Source: Octopus sinensis (Eukaryota). Taken from it: DNA of 64,000 nucleotides. The position numbers were made by a program, and so were the translations under genes. Location: assembly GCF_006345805.1 (NCBI RefSeq), contig NC_043005.1, positions 44,330,001 through 44,394,000 of the forward strand, written 5' to 3'. The notes under the pieces are model-generated. The model saw only the letters and a program-made list of their open reading frames with translations, was not told the DNA's origin and did not search any database. Every line of letters starts with the position of its first letter. Within the stretch, counting starts at the first letter, position 1. This document shows, in pieces, positions 12,355 through 64,000 of the stretch.

Positions 12355-14360
12355 CTACTGCAACTCAGAAACTGGTGGCCAACTGGGATTGATTTTAACA
12401 TAAATCTAAGAAAGACCACCTACAAACACAAATATATTCATACTTTGTTAAGAGTTAGCAGCTGTTTAGAGCTAAAGCATATTTAGGTAGTGAAGTAGGA
12501 AAGTAACTATTTAAAAAATATTTTGACTAACTAAAATATGAGGGCTTGGTAACATACATGCAGGGTGAGAAATAATTTTAGGGGGCTGTGTATAATTCAT
12601 CAGTATAGATATGGTAGTTTAGAATCTTCTTAAAATGTCTCAGAGTAGAAATTTAAAGTAGAAAGAACAAAGCGGTTATTTCAATCAATACTTCAGAAAC
12701 AAAGATGGAGAATTAAAATCACTTAAAAAATGTTTATAAATCTAATACAATACAAATTCAAAACTCTGTTATTATCATTTGTTTTAAGTTTAAAGAAAAC
12801 TTGATAAATGTCATTAAATCCTATAAACTGTCTATATTTACAAATTTAAAGTAATTTAGACATTGTGCAAAAGTACTATCTAGATTTATATTGTGTTCAG
12901 TGTTATTTGAAACAAGAGAAAATAATTAGCTTTAAGAGCTTAAAATTTAAAATCTAAGTTTTTATTTTAACAATATTGTTTTATCAAAAACCAGCTTTTC
13001 TTCTTAATAGGCTAACAAATGTAAAATAATGAACATAATTATCACAGCAGAGGAATATAGAATTCCTTTCATTAACTATATAATTCTAACAAGTTTTGTT
13101 AGAAATAAACTCAAAATGGCTTTAAAGAATATTTCCTAAAGTAAAACCCATTTTTCCAAGTGAAACTAGGCAGGATTTGTTTGTAAATGATATTTTATTT
13201 TTTACACTGTTAGATTTGGATAAAGAAGTAGGAAGCAGCTGCTTTCAACCTTCACTCTCCATACAATATAATAGCTGTAATAGAAACAGAACTACTATAT
13301 TTCTTAACCATAGCATCAACAAGAAATGAATAAATTTTGTGCTTTATTAACAGTATTGAAAAACAAAAAAACAAAAATCATCATTACACTAAATGAAATG
13401 GGAAACATTTGTTTTTTAAACTTTACTTCTTCCTTCATTTAGGATGACATTATAGGAATACTAATAATTGTATTTTCAACTTCACAGATACACTTTTAAC
13501 ACCAATATGAAAAAAAATATTTTTATTCTATATCTACAGGATAACAAATGAATATATACAGGATATTGTTTTGTTTAATGCAGTTGATATTCTAATGGAA
13601 ATTCATTGCAGAAAGAAATGCTCGGAGAAGCATGAACGAAAATATTATCATATAAATAAATATAAAGTTTAGGTAAGGTGGGGAAATATAAACAGAATAT
13701 CTATGCCTATGTTCATGTGTGTACGTGAATGTGTGTGTGTGTGAGTGAGAGAGAGAGAGAGAGATCAGCAAGAAAGGATGTTAATTCACAGAAGTTTCTT
13801 AACAAAGTAGATACAAAATAAGTATACAAAACTAAATAAAGAAATCCTTTATGTTAAGCTACAGCAGGAGAATCAGTGCGAGTATGTATTTTAGCATTTT
13901 TTTTTCTCACTCTCATGCAATAACTAACTTTTCACTTTGTCAGTGAATTGATTTCTTTTAAAAACAAAAACAAAGACAGGTAAACAAGAAAAAGAAAAAA
14001 AAAGGTTTCTGTCATTTGTTTCTTTTATCTTTTCCTACAAAGCATTAATGAATTTTATATTACATGAGAAAGGGAAAGGTAAAAAAAAAAATAAACTTGA
14101 CATCACTTCTTGAGCAACGTTTCTTTTTTTTTGTTAAAGAAGAGAAATATGTTGTATCTTCTTCTTCTTCATGTTTTACTTGTCCTTTTTCCATTATTAT
14201 TATTATTATTGTTATTATTATTATCATCATTGTCATCATCAGCATCATCATCATTATTATTAGTATTATTATTATTATTTGTAGAGTCATTCAAATCAGT
14301 TGTAATATCAAATGTGTTCATTGCTAACTTTTTCCCATACTTATATTAGATAGTCTTCTC

Positions 14361-14405
<45 letters not shown>

Positions 14406-14961
14406 TGGTATTGTTGTTGCTCTGTTTTCACCATTGTGTAATATGTGTAAAAGTAATTTTTCATTCTTTTTTATTTTTAAATTCCTTTTTCTTTGTTTTT
14501 TTTGTTTCATGAAGTAGCTAAAAATAAAAAAAAAACCATTGTATGTAGATTGTAGTTCCTTAATTCCACAAAATTGTTTACAGAATAACATTTGCCTTTT
14601 CACAACAACTGGAATTTCATAATGCAAAAATTTCTGTAAGTTTGAAGAATATATCGATTGGCAGACTATTGCTGCCAAGGCATTTTATTAGCAATAAATA
14701 CCAAATGTCAGAGGTAGTTAGTTAACAATTGCAAATGTTACAAATAGTGGATAATAAATTAAATATTAAAAAGTTATAATATACATGAAGCAATTCAAAT
14801 GAATAAGAACTTCACAAAACATAGCTTTTGTAAAAAAAAAAAACTTATGATGTTGAGATATCAAACTGCAGCAATGAAGGCGACCCTGAAGAATGTCTTT
14901 CATATAGTTTTAAAATTTTAATTCCAAACGCTACATTTTATATGATGTAGTACTACCCAAC

Positions 14962-15033
14962 CTGTTGCGCCGCTAGTTTTACTGATTGAAACAAACAGGG
15001 TGATAAAAATTTTTCATCACCACAAGCGCCTGA
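14962..15033 (-). CDS. Possible exon (72 nt, phase 0 to 0) SGACGDEKFLSPCLFQSVKLAAQQ
   Basis: Acceptor ttcttctccaaccttgctatag, weaker donor CAG|gttggg. CpG-containing island in AT-rich DNA. Fits the 6731 exon only through its alternative acceptor at 6824. Confidence 0.3.
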
Positions 15034-15529
15034 CTATAGCAAGGTTGGAGAAGAATCCAAGAATATTTCTAAGTTTATTATAAATATATGTATATGTATG
15101 TGTGTGTATATATATATATATATACATACACACATATCTAATATGTCTATGTATGTATAAGTGTGTGCCTGATTTTAAAAATTATATATATATATATCCA
15201 TGCTAGCATGGAAAGCAGACGTTAAACGATAATGATGATTGATGATGATGATGATGATGATATAAATACATATATACACCAATCTAGATGAATAACATTT
15301 AATAATACATACTGTGTATATTGATATTTATCAATCAATAATATACATTTATATCAATGAAATATTGTATCCCTTTTTAATGTGCATGTGTATATGTGTA
15401 AGTTTCACTTGCATTCATGTATGTATGCATGGAAGGATGTGTAAATGTATGTCTATTGAAGCAATTTATTCAAAACAATCATTGTAAAATTTAATCCTAT
15501 TAATATTCTATTAAAACTGTGTGTGTATG

Positions 15530-15848
15530 TGTATGAAGTTGCTCGGCTCACAATCATGAGGTAGTGAGTTCGATTCCTGGACCGGGAATGTGTTGTTGTC
15601 TTGAGCAAGACACTTTATTTCACGTTGCTCCAGTTTACTCAGCTGTAGAAATGAATTGTGACATCACTGGTGTCAAGCTGTATTGGCCTTTGCCTCTCCT
15701 TTGGATAACATCGGAGGCATGGAGAGAGGAGGCTGGTTCGCTTGGGTGACAGCTGATCTTCCATAAATAACCTTGTCCGGGCTTGTGCCTCAGAGGGGAA
15801 CTTTCTAAGTGCAATATGATCGTTCATGACCAAAGAGGGTCTTTACAT
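15530..15848 (+). mobile_element. tRNA-derived SINE, family 3 (second copy at 16615-16935)
   Basis: B-box GAGTTCGATTCC followed by CTTGAGCAAGACACTTTATTTCAC core. Confidence 0.8.
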
Positions 15849-17294
15849 ACATACACACACACACACACACACATATATGATGGGTGTATGGTAAGAAGTT
15901 TGTTTTCCAACCACAGGGTTCTGGGTTCAGTACCACTGTGCATTTTGGGTAAGTGTCAAAATGTCATTGTGTGACAGTTGCAAATTAATTGTTGTTGTAT
16001 TAGCAGTGTCATTTATTGCCGATAGTCTGCAAGAATACATTTGGCTTAACTAAAATATTACCTTGCCCGGAAACGGATGAATATTGGCAACAGGAAGTGC
16101 ATCAGGCCATAGAATATGTACCTGAATATAATTTGGCCAACCCATGCAAGCATGGAAAACAGATGATGATGATAATGATGGTGATGATGGTGATGATTCA
16201 CATATGCTGGACAACTGATCTCTACAACAGTGAGTGACTTTTACACCACCACCACTCCCATCTCCCATACATTATCTGATCTGTTGTGCTTGCACTTTGG
16301 TGTTTTTAAGCAAATATTCCACCAGTATGTTTTGCTTTTGAAAGTGTAGAAACTTTCTCATTCAGATGTGACTTTGGTATGGCCATCAAGACAATCCTTC
16401 AGGCATATAACACTACATATTATTTTAGTAGGAATGTCATGTCTCATGAAAAGGTAGCATCTTGTAGACATTTTTGAACAACTAATGATGATACAAATAA
16501 CATCTTCCATATTCATATGGTAGAATTAGCATTTTCTATCACAGGATAGAGGTTTAGAAACATCACAATCTGTTTTGTTGAGGAGGTATTTAGTAGCTAT
16601 CTCCTATAGTGTAGTCACATGGCTTAGTGGTTAGAGCTTCAGGCTCACAACCATGACATAATGAGTTTGATTCCTGGACCGGAACCGGGCTGTGTGCTGT
16701 GGTCTTGAGCAAGGCACTTTATTTCACATTGTTCCAGTTCACTCAGCTGTAGAAATGAGTTGTGACATCACTGGTGCCAAGTTGTATTGGCCTTTATCTT
16801 TCCCTTGAATAACATAGGCAGTGTGGAGAGGGGAGGCTGGTATTCATGTGTAACTGCTGGTCTTCCATAAACAAACTTGCTCAGACTTGTGCCTCAGAGG
16901 GGAATTTTCTAGGCGCAATCCCATGGGCATTCAGGACTGAAGTAGGTTTTTACCCTTTTGCCCTGTTCTTCAATAACAAATACATAGCCTCCTAGATGAG
17001 ATGTGCTGTACTTATTGCAAGACCAGGCTGTTATTTATGTCTATGTTGTGAGTATTACCTAGCTTGCAGGATACATATCCATGCATAATTTTCTGCTAAT
17101 ATAAGCATTTCTCTTCCAAGTCTCTGTTTAAGTAGCCTGGTCCAGCTATTCTTGATTCACATAGAGCAGCTGTGAATTCAGAGTATATCTTCAGGAGTTC
17201 TTTACCTAATCTCGTAATGTTATCACCTTCAAAGTTCAGTATACATGTCATGCATTTATTTCTCTTTTTCTTTGTGTGTGTGTGTGTATGTGTG

Positions 17295-17325
<31 letters not shown>

Positions 17326-17420
17326 ATGTGTGTATGCATGCATGCATGCACGTATGTATGCATGAATGTATGTACATACATCTACCATACAGCCCACAAC
17401 AACAATATATATATATACAT

Positions 17421-17484
<64 letters not shown>

Positions 17485-17802
17485 ATATGTTTATTATATA
17501 TCATATATGTAGATAGTAGATAGATAATAGATAAATAGATAGACAGATAAATAGATAGACAGATAAATAGATATAGATATATATTATACACGCACACACA
17601 AACACTCATATTATGAATATAATATATATATTATATACACATTATATACATATATATAGATACATATAGTGTATACAGTTATGCATTTATATCAAAAAGG
17701 CATATTTATATATACATATAACACACACACACACATGATATATGTGCGTGTACACACACAAACATTTTATATATATATATAACTGAATAAATACAAATAT
17801 AG

Positions 17803-17835
<33 letters not shown>

Positions 17836-18116
17836 TATATATATATATATATATGTATGTATATATATAACTGAATATACAAATATAGTTTTATATATAT
17901 ATATATATATCAATATACACAAAGATATGAATGAATATATATGCCTATATATAAATCTATGTATTTAAATTTATCCATATGTATATGTGGGTGCATGAGT
18001 AATGCTTGTGAATAAAATATTTAATAAATATCTGTTGATGAATGTGGTAGGGGGTAGTTTATTTGATGATCTACTTCCCTTCTTTTATCCTAAAATCCTT
18101 TATTAATTTAACTTAC

Positions 18117-18192
18117 TGCAACAATTTTACAGTATTATATTTCCAGGTATGAATCAGACATAAACGTTTTTGTTGTCTAAGCAATACAGAGT
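18117..18192 (-). CDS. Candidate coding exon of an unidentified gene (76 nt, phase 1 to 2)
   Basis: Long pyrimidine tract ending ctacactacag, donor GCA|gtaagt. Only open frame: SVLLRQQKRLCLIHTWKYNTVKLL. Confidence 0.5.
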
Positions 18193-18509
18193 CTGTAGTG
18201 TAGATTAAAAATAAAAGCGAAGACAGAAACAGAAATATAACAAAAACTGAATATTTTCTAAAGAGTGAACAAATCAATAGTTTCAATATAACTCGAGTTA
18301 TTTCCCTTATATACTTTCCTTTATGTAGCATTCATTGCTTCTATATTGAATTGGAATTAAGCTGCATACTAAACAATTATAGTTGAAATTCTTGAAATGT
18401 AAATTACAAAGTTCCAGAACCAAAGCAGGAATTGTACTGAGACATCATGTAGAATAGTTAGTATTACGTATATTATTAATATAATATTACACATAGCATT
18501 AGATTTATC

Positions 18510-18717
18510 TTTTCCTTTACTTGTTTCTGTCATTAAACTGTGGCCATGCTGGGGCACCACCTTGAAGAATTACTAGTTGAATGAATTGACTCCAGTACTC
18601 ATTTTTTAAGTCTAGTACTCACTCTATCAGCCTCTTATGCTGAACTGCTAAGTTAGAGGGATGTAAACACACCAACACCAGTTGTCTGGTAGTGGTGGGG
18701 GTCAAACACAGACACAC

Positions 18718-18761
<44 letters not shown>

Positions 18762-18830
18762 TACATACATATATATACCACATGCTTCTTTCAGTTTCTG
18801 TCTACCAAATCCGCTCACAAGGCTTTCTTT
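18510..18830 (-). mobile_element. SINE family 1, partial
   Basis: Reverse complement of family 1 body and tail. Confidence 0.8.
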
Positions 18831-19229
18831 GTGAATATATGTGTCTGTGTTCATCTATATGTGTGCATGCATCTTAGTATTCACAAATACTAAGATAAAC
18901 ATACACACATATATATGTATATACATGTACATGTATGTGGGTATATGTGTGTGTTTGTGTGTATGTATACATATATATGTATATGTGTGTGTGTATATAA
19001 ATATATGCATATATATATATATACATGTATATGTATATATATAAATATGTATATGTATATACATATATATGTACATACATATAAATATGTATATACATAG
19101 ACATACGTATATATATACACATACACACATACATACATACATACATACATACATACATACATACAGACAGACAGACATACATACATACATACATACATAC
19201 ATACACACATACACACATACATATAAACT

Positions 19230-19479
19230 TAGATATGTTTCGACCAAAGATTGGTCCAGGTCATGACTAACTTAATAGCACCACCTGATAGGATTGTCTA
19301 AATCCTTTTTAGGTCAAGTTTTGTGGTATCATGGTCCATTCAAGTAGTGAGTTCTTGTTGAGTGAGTTGTATCCAGGTATAGGTCGCTTATCTGGTATTC
19401 CTTGAAGAAATTTGTCCAGACTCCCTTAAAAGTTAAAGGATCCTTTTCCTCTCTGATCAGTTTTGGACAATATTAAACT
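19230..19479 (-). mobile_element. CR1/L2-group LINE 3' end abutting the gap
   Basis: Frameshifted IREEKDPLTFKG/SLDKFLQGIPDKRPIPGYNSLNKNSLLEW, typical of the CR1-group ORF2 C-terminus. Confidence 0.75.
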
Positions 19480-19579
19480 NNNNNNNNNNNNNNNNNNNNN
19501 NNNNNNNNNNNNNNNNNNNNNNNNNNNNNNNNNNNNNNNNNNNNNNNNNNNNNNNNNNNNNNNNNNNNNNNNNNNNNNN
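19480..19579. other. Assembly gap (100 N, probably of unknown true size)
   Basis: Run of exactly 100 N. Confidence 0.99.
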
Positions 19580-20696
19580 GACTGACCTTTAGTTGTTTCT
19601 CTACTAGCTCCTGGCAGACTGACAGCTAAACTTATGAACACTAACTGAAACTTGTTTCTTCACTGTCTCCTGTACATATTGGAAATATAACAACCAGTAA
19701 GGCATTCCTCTTTTCTTTCCTTTTTTTTTTTATAAGCTGTATTTTCTAACTATTCATTTTCTTAAAAAGTCTGTGCTAGCAAATATTCTAAATTTAGCTT
19801 TACCATTCTTGACTTGGCAGTTACAAGACCCACAGTCAAGTTCAAAACATTCTAAAGGTATCTGTAATGGTGACAGCATGTTTGAATACTCTGTAAATAT
19901 GTTCACCCATATAAATTTCATTATGACCTTCATTTCAGGACTTAAGACAAAAATGAGATGCTACAGTTGTTAGTATAGAGGCATGTATATGCATAGTTAC
20001 AGTTGTATGTATCTATACACATGTGTAAGTGAGAAATATTTGGGGAATGGTTTTTGAAAGTGTTGTTTACTAGCAAGCAATTTGGTCTGAGAGGTTTGAC
20101 TATTTAGCAATATTCTATTCAAAGGGTCCTATTTACTTTATTGAAAACATAGGATAGTTCTTTCTGAATGTTTAAGTGATTTCTTTGAAAGGCTTGGCAG
20201 TAGTGGATGTTTCTAAGTTTATAAGTTTCTATGAATGACTTTGCATTAATGGGTTTGCTAAATTTATTCATTGTCTTCAAAGAGTTCAGTGATAATGGAT
20301 TTGCTAAATTTGATTTGACTTTGCAAATCATGCCACTTAACAAATGTTGCTAGCAAGTTGGATAAATCACTTAGAAGATGGACTTTATGCTACTTTCATT
20401 TTGCTTGTATAATCTTGTATCCCTTATCAAGTCAAATACTGATATATATTACAAAGGTGGAATAAATGAGTGCCTTGTTTCAAGAAAAAATATATGGGTC
20501 ACAAATTTAAGCAGCTCAGCACTACACTGTTACTTCAGTCTAAGTTGAGTGAAAATGAATACCACCATTAATACTTCAAGATTTGTTTTTAATATAACAG
20601 GTAAGTAGTAGGAGCAACTTGCAGTGGTTCAAAGAAATTTAGGAATTTGCAAAATAATCCACATCATGCCAAGATGGAAAACAAATCAAAAATATT

Positions 20697-20912
20697 AGTT
20701 TCAAATTTTGGCACAAGGCCAGCAATTTTGGGGGTAGAGAGTAAATCAGTTGCATCAACCTCCAGTGCTCAACTGTTACTCATTTTATTGATCCTGAAAA
20801 GATGAAAGGCAAAGTTCACCTTGGCAGAATTTGAACTCAGAATGTAAAGATGAACAAGATGATACTAAGCATTTTGCCCAGTACGCTAACAATTCTGTCA
20901 GCTTTCTGCCTT
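20697..20912 (-). mobile_element. SINE family 2 (OR/CORE-like)
   Basis: GAATTTGAACTCAGAA B-box (reverse) and CTTTGCCTTTCATCCTTT core. Confidence 0.8.
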
Positions 20913-21006
20913 AAAACAAATTTAAAATACTGGAAAGAAAAGTATACAATAGATTAAATCATTAACAAGTCGTTGCAGATTTACTCCAAATTTAAAAGTG
21001 ACAAAC

Positions 21007-59960
<38,954 letters not shown>

Positions 59961-60397
59961 CTAAGAAATAGAAGAAAATTGTCCTTTACAATATTTAATA
60001 GCATTTTATTGTCTGGGGAGTTAAAGAAAATTTAAATGATATTTCTCGTTTTCTCTCTCTCTCTCTTTCTTATGCACACATATACACAACACTCTTTCAA
60101 CTACTTGTATTCACACATAAACACAATTAAGAGAGATTATACATATTATCTTTGATCTTTTACTTGTTTCAGCCATTAGACTGTGGCCATGTTGGGGCAA
60201 TACTTTGAAGAATTGAATCAACCCCAGTACTTTTTTTTTAAGCCTGATTCCATCAATTTCTTTTGCTGAGCCGTTAGGTTACAGGGATGTAAACACATCA
60301 ACACTAGTTGGTAAGCGATGATGGGGAATAAACACAGACAAAGAGACATATGCACATATATACATCCCATGCTAGCACGATATATAAATATATATAT

Positions 60398-61267
60398 ATC
60401 ACCACTAGAATACGAATAGCCTGGGCAAAGTTCAGAAAGCTCCTACCCCTACTGGCAACAAAAGGTCTCTCCCTCAGAGCGAAAGGTAGATTGTATGATG
60501 CATGTGTGCGAACTGCCATGCTTCACGGTAATGAAACATGGGCTGTGACTGCAGAGGACATGCGTAGACTTGAAAGAAATGAAGCTAGCATGATCCGCTG
60601 GATGTGTAGTGTCAGTGTGCACGCAAGACAGAGTGTAAGCATCCTAAGAGAAATGCTGGATATAAGAAGCATCAGATGTGGTGTGCAAGAGCGACACTTG
60701 CGATGGTATGGTCATGTGCTGCGGATGGATGAAGGGAGATGTGTGAAGAAGTGCCACTCCCAAACAGTTGAAGGTATCAGGGGGAGAGGTAGACCCAGGA
60801 AGACATGGGATGAGGTAGTCAAGCATGACCTCAGAGCATTGGGCCTCACTGAGGCAATGGCGAAGGACCGAGATCTCTGGAGATATGCTGTGACTGCAAA
60901 GACCCGGGCTGCTTTCTGCAGCAATTCCACATACCCCCTACCCATTCAAAGTACCCCGGATCCCCAAAGTACCCCGGATCCCCAAAGTACCCCAGACCCA
61001 GTTGCCCCCGTGCCGCTGGCACGTTAAAAGCTCGAACCGATCGTGACCGATGCCGGACCCCCCCGGCCCCTGTGCAGGTGGCACGTAAAAAGCACCCAAT
61101 CCACTCACGGAGTGGTTGGCGTTAGGAAGGGCATCCAGCTGTAGAAACTCTGCCAAATCAGACTGGAGCCTGGAGCGGCCCCTGGCTTCCCAGACCCCGG
61201 TCGAACCGTCCAACCCGTGCTAGCGCGGAAAGCGGACGTTAAACGATGATGATGATGATGATGATGA
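60398..61267 (+). mobile_element. Young 5'-truncated RTE LINE inserted in the microsatellite of a minus-strand SINE (halves 60158-60360 and 61768-61910)
   Basis: Uninterrupted frame RIRIAWAKFRKLLPLL..GSET-like GNETWA..GRGRPRKTWDEVVKHDL, CpG-rich 3' UTR, (GAT)n tail. Confidence 0.93.
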
Positions 61268-61276
61268 TACACACAC

Positions 61277-61307
<31 letters not shown>

Positions 61308-61765
61308 TATATACATACATGTATATACATACATATAGATATAAAAATATATACATACTTGTATATACATACATGTATATACATACATATAGATATAAAT
61401 ATATATATACATACATGTATATACATACATATACATAGATATAAATATATATATATACATATATAGATATAAATATATATATACATATATATAGATATAA
61501 ATATATATATACATATATATAGATATAATATATATATACATACATGTATATACATACATATACAAAGATATAAATATATAAATACATATATAGATATAAA
61601 TATAATATACATATATATAGATATAAATATATATATACATATATATAGATATAAATATATATATACATATTAATATATACATATAAATATATATATACAT
61701 ATATATATACATACATATATATACACATACACGCTTATTATATATATATACACACACATATGTAT
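61268..61765. repeat. TA-rich tandem array (ATATAGATATAAATATATATATAC-like units)
   Basis: Direct reading. Confidence 0.9.
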
Positions 61766-64000
61766 ACAATGAGCTTCTTTCAGTTTCTGTCTACCAAATC
61801 TATCCACAAGGCTTTGTTTGGTCTGAGGCTATAGTAGAAGAAACTTGTCCTAGGTAACATATAGTGGGCTGAACCCAGAACCATGTGGTTGGGAAGAAAA
61901 AACCTCTTACAAAATTTTGTAAATGCTCGTTTCTAACATCCTGGTGACTATTTCACATATTACCCCCATAGAATCCTACCAAAATTTCACTAATATTAAT
62001 AATAGAAAGAAAATAATTGTAACTTATTTTAATCACTCAGACAACTATCAACTACAACATTAGACTAAGGGCCAATGAAAAATAACCAATATTGGTATAA
62101 ATTTTAATACCCTTCAGCATTTAGATTACTCTAGCAAATGTGATTGCTTACTTTTAGACTGGCATTTTAGGGTAGGTGTGAAAGGTCAGAACTGGCCCGT
62201 TTGAATATAAAACAAGTAAAATATTTGGGTCAAATATGGTAAGTTTAAATGCTAAATGGTTAAGCAATTTAAAAATTTAAAGGGTTAAATACTAAAGAGT
62301 TGAAAGAAATTTATAATAAAAAGTCAACAATTTAATGGTGACCTCAAATCTGAGATGATAAGAATAATTGCTTTGACCTCAGCACGTGTCTAACATTTAT
62401 TTTAAGGATGGAAAACAAATTTGACCTAAGCAGAATTTGATCTCAGAAAGTAAATATAAGTAGCTAAATATCACAAGGCATTTTGTCCAGTACTACCAAT
62501 TATGTCATGTTAATTTATAAAAATTGTTAATTTATGAAAATGCTTTTGTAGCCTAAAGATTATATATTTTAAATGTAAAATAAAGACTACATATTTTAAC
62601 ATAAAAACATACTTCTACACATTTTCATCCTTAACCCTCGTTATAAAAATCTTGCGTCAAATAAATTGGTTAACATACTAACTTCTTTAAAACTCATAAT
62701 AGCACTACATAATTACTGCTTGTCTCAACTGAAATCTTTTTTAAAATCTAGCACAAAACAATATTTACAATCATCTTTCTATTGTAACTCATTCCTTGTT
62801 AGTATGATCTCTTTAGTCATTTACTTTCAACAATTCAATACCACTCAGCTTATGACAACTTGGTCCACTCTAAGATAATGGATTGTTAGGCTTTAAGTTC
62901 AATTTTCAACCTTGCTCTCAAAAAGAACATCAACTTAGAAAAATTTATTAGTATCTTTTTGCAAAAGGAAGATGACAATAAGTTTTTCAGATTGTTTAAA
63001 AAGAGGAAATAAAATTGACAGATTGAAGTTTGTGTACTTTATTCAGCTTTTCTTTTCCTTAGGAATAAATTGCATAGATTAATGCAATACAAATGCAGTA
63101 CTACTTGTTCTAGAAGTAACACAATGACAAGGTTGACTGCTTCAAAGATTTGGCATTAGAAATTTCTGCTAGCTGATTCAAAAGAAAAATTACCAGCACT
63201 GTCATTAATGCCTTTAGGCTACATTAATAACAATGATTTCTTAATTAGAAATGAAGCCTGATAGGGAAATGAGTAGTCATGTCTATTCCAAGCAAGAATT
63301 AAAATCAGGTCAAGGACTTCATTGGAGGAAATAGTAAAAGGAAAATGTAATCTGAGTGAAAGTTTTAAGAAATTAATGCAAGATATTTTGCCTTGTTTCA
63401 GTGCAGGATATAAACACCACAAAAGAAAGGAAATAAAATGCAAGCGCTGATATAGTACATTGCAAATCATTTTATCCCTCATTTATTTGTATCTTTTTAG
63501 AAAATAAGAATCTCACCAACAATAATAGACAGTCTGAGACTATGTCAGAACATACAAACAATGGAAATAACTAGAAAGAAAAGTGGCAATTGAAATATGT
63601 GATCTGAAAAATAAAGCATTGAGAGAAAGTGCACTTTTATTCTCCCTGACTACAATAAATTAATCATGTTTTTAAATAGACACAGACATACAATAATAAA
63701 GTAACTTAAGATAAAAACAATATAAAAAATTAAAAGAAACAGGAACAAAGACACGAGTATGTGAAATGTATACAAATGTACACAATCACAACAGCAAATT
63801 TACTTCTGATGTAGTAAAAGAAATAAGTAAATAAGAAAAGCGTTATAAAAAATGGCAACACCAAAAGTAATCCTCTTATACTGATACTGTGAATTAAACT
63901 ATTCCGTATCCTACATTGTAACTCTAAATCAAACAATGAACAAATATATATATATATATATATATATGCAAAGGATTTGATCATTGTTTCGTTGTAATAT

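Noticed and set aside
13540-13672. Plus-strand segment with good acceptor and donor
   Set aside because: All three frames contain a stop and no partner exons were found; at most a non-coding antisense exon.
17058-17240. Protein-like minus-strand frames with an AG|gtaata donor
   Set aside because: Stops in all frames from the plausible acceptor; probably a decayed transposon.
20050-20400. Possible Penelope RT N-terminal fragment
   Set aside because: Similarity too faint to call without a profile search.
63194-63218. 25-nt candidate exon PKGINDSA(G), in phase with exon 59721-59960
   Set aside because: Weak acceptor and too short to distinguish from chance.

Overview
AT-rich, microsatellite-dense eukaryotic genomic DNA. 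From recall, its SINE families and RTE-LINE tails match Octopus (coleoid cephalopod); no database search was run. The main coding content is a large minus-strand gene the ORF track misses because its exons lack ATG starts. Spliced by hand, exons 59721-59960, 43073-43252, 26431-26529, 24017-24127 and 21007-21200 give a poly-Ala linker, a possible PTB-type start (RFSAKFLG), a complete PDZ domain and the first half of a PH domain (PDZPH1-like architecture). The rest of the PH domain is not in the window and probably lies in the 100-N gap at 19480-19579. Below the gap, three more minus-strand exons (18117-18192, 6731-6831, 5471-5544) splice in phase into an 84-aa peptide I cannot identify. The remainder is intronic repeat: RTE, CR1/L2-like and Penelope retroelement fragments, three tRNA-derived SINE families, Tc1/mariner, hAT and piggyBac-type MITEs, and foldback hairpins. 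Most notable: a ~1.8-kb nested inverted structure (34320-36070) flanked by two inverted Penelope-type minimal hammerhead motifs, and a mariner element built from two 5' ends.
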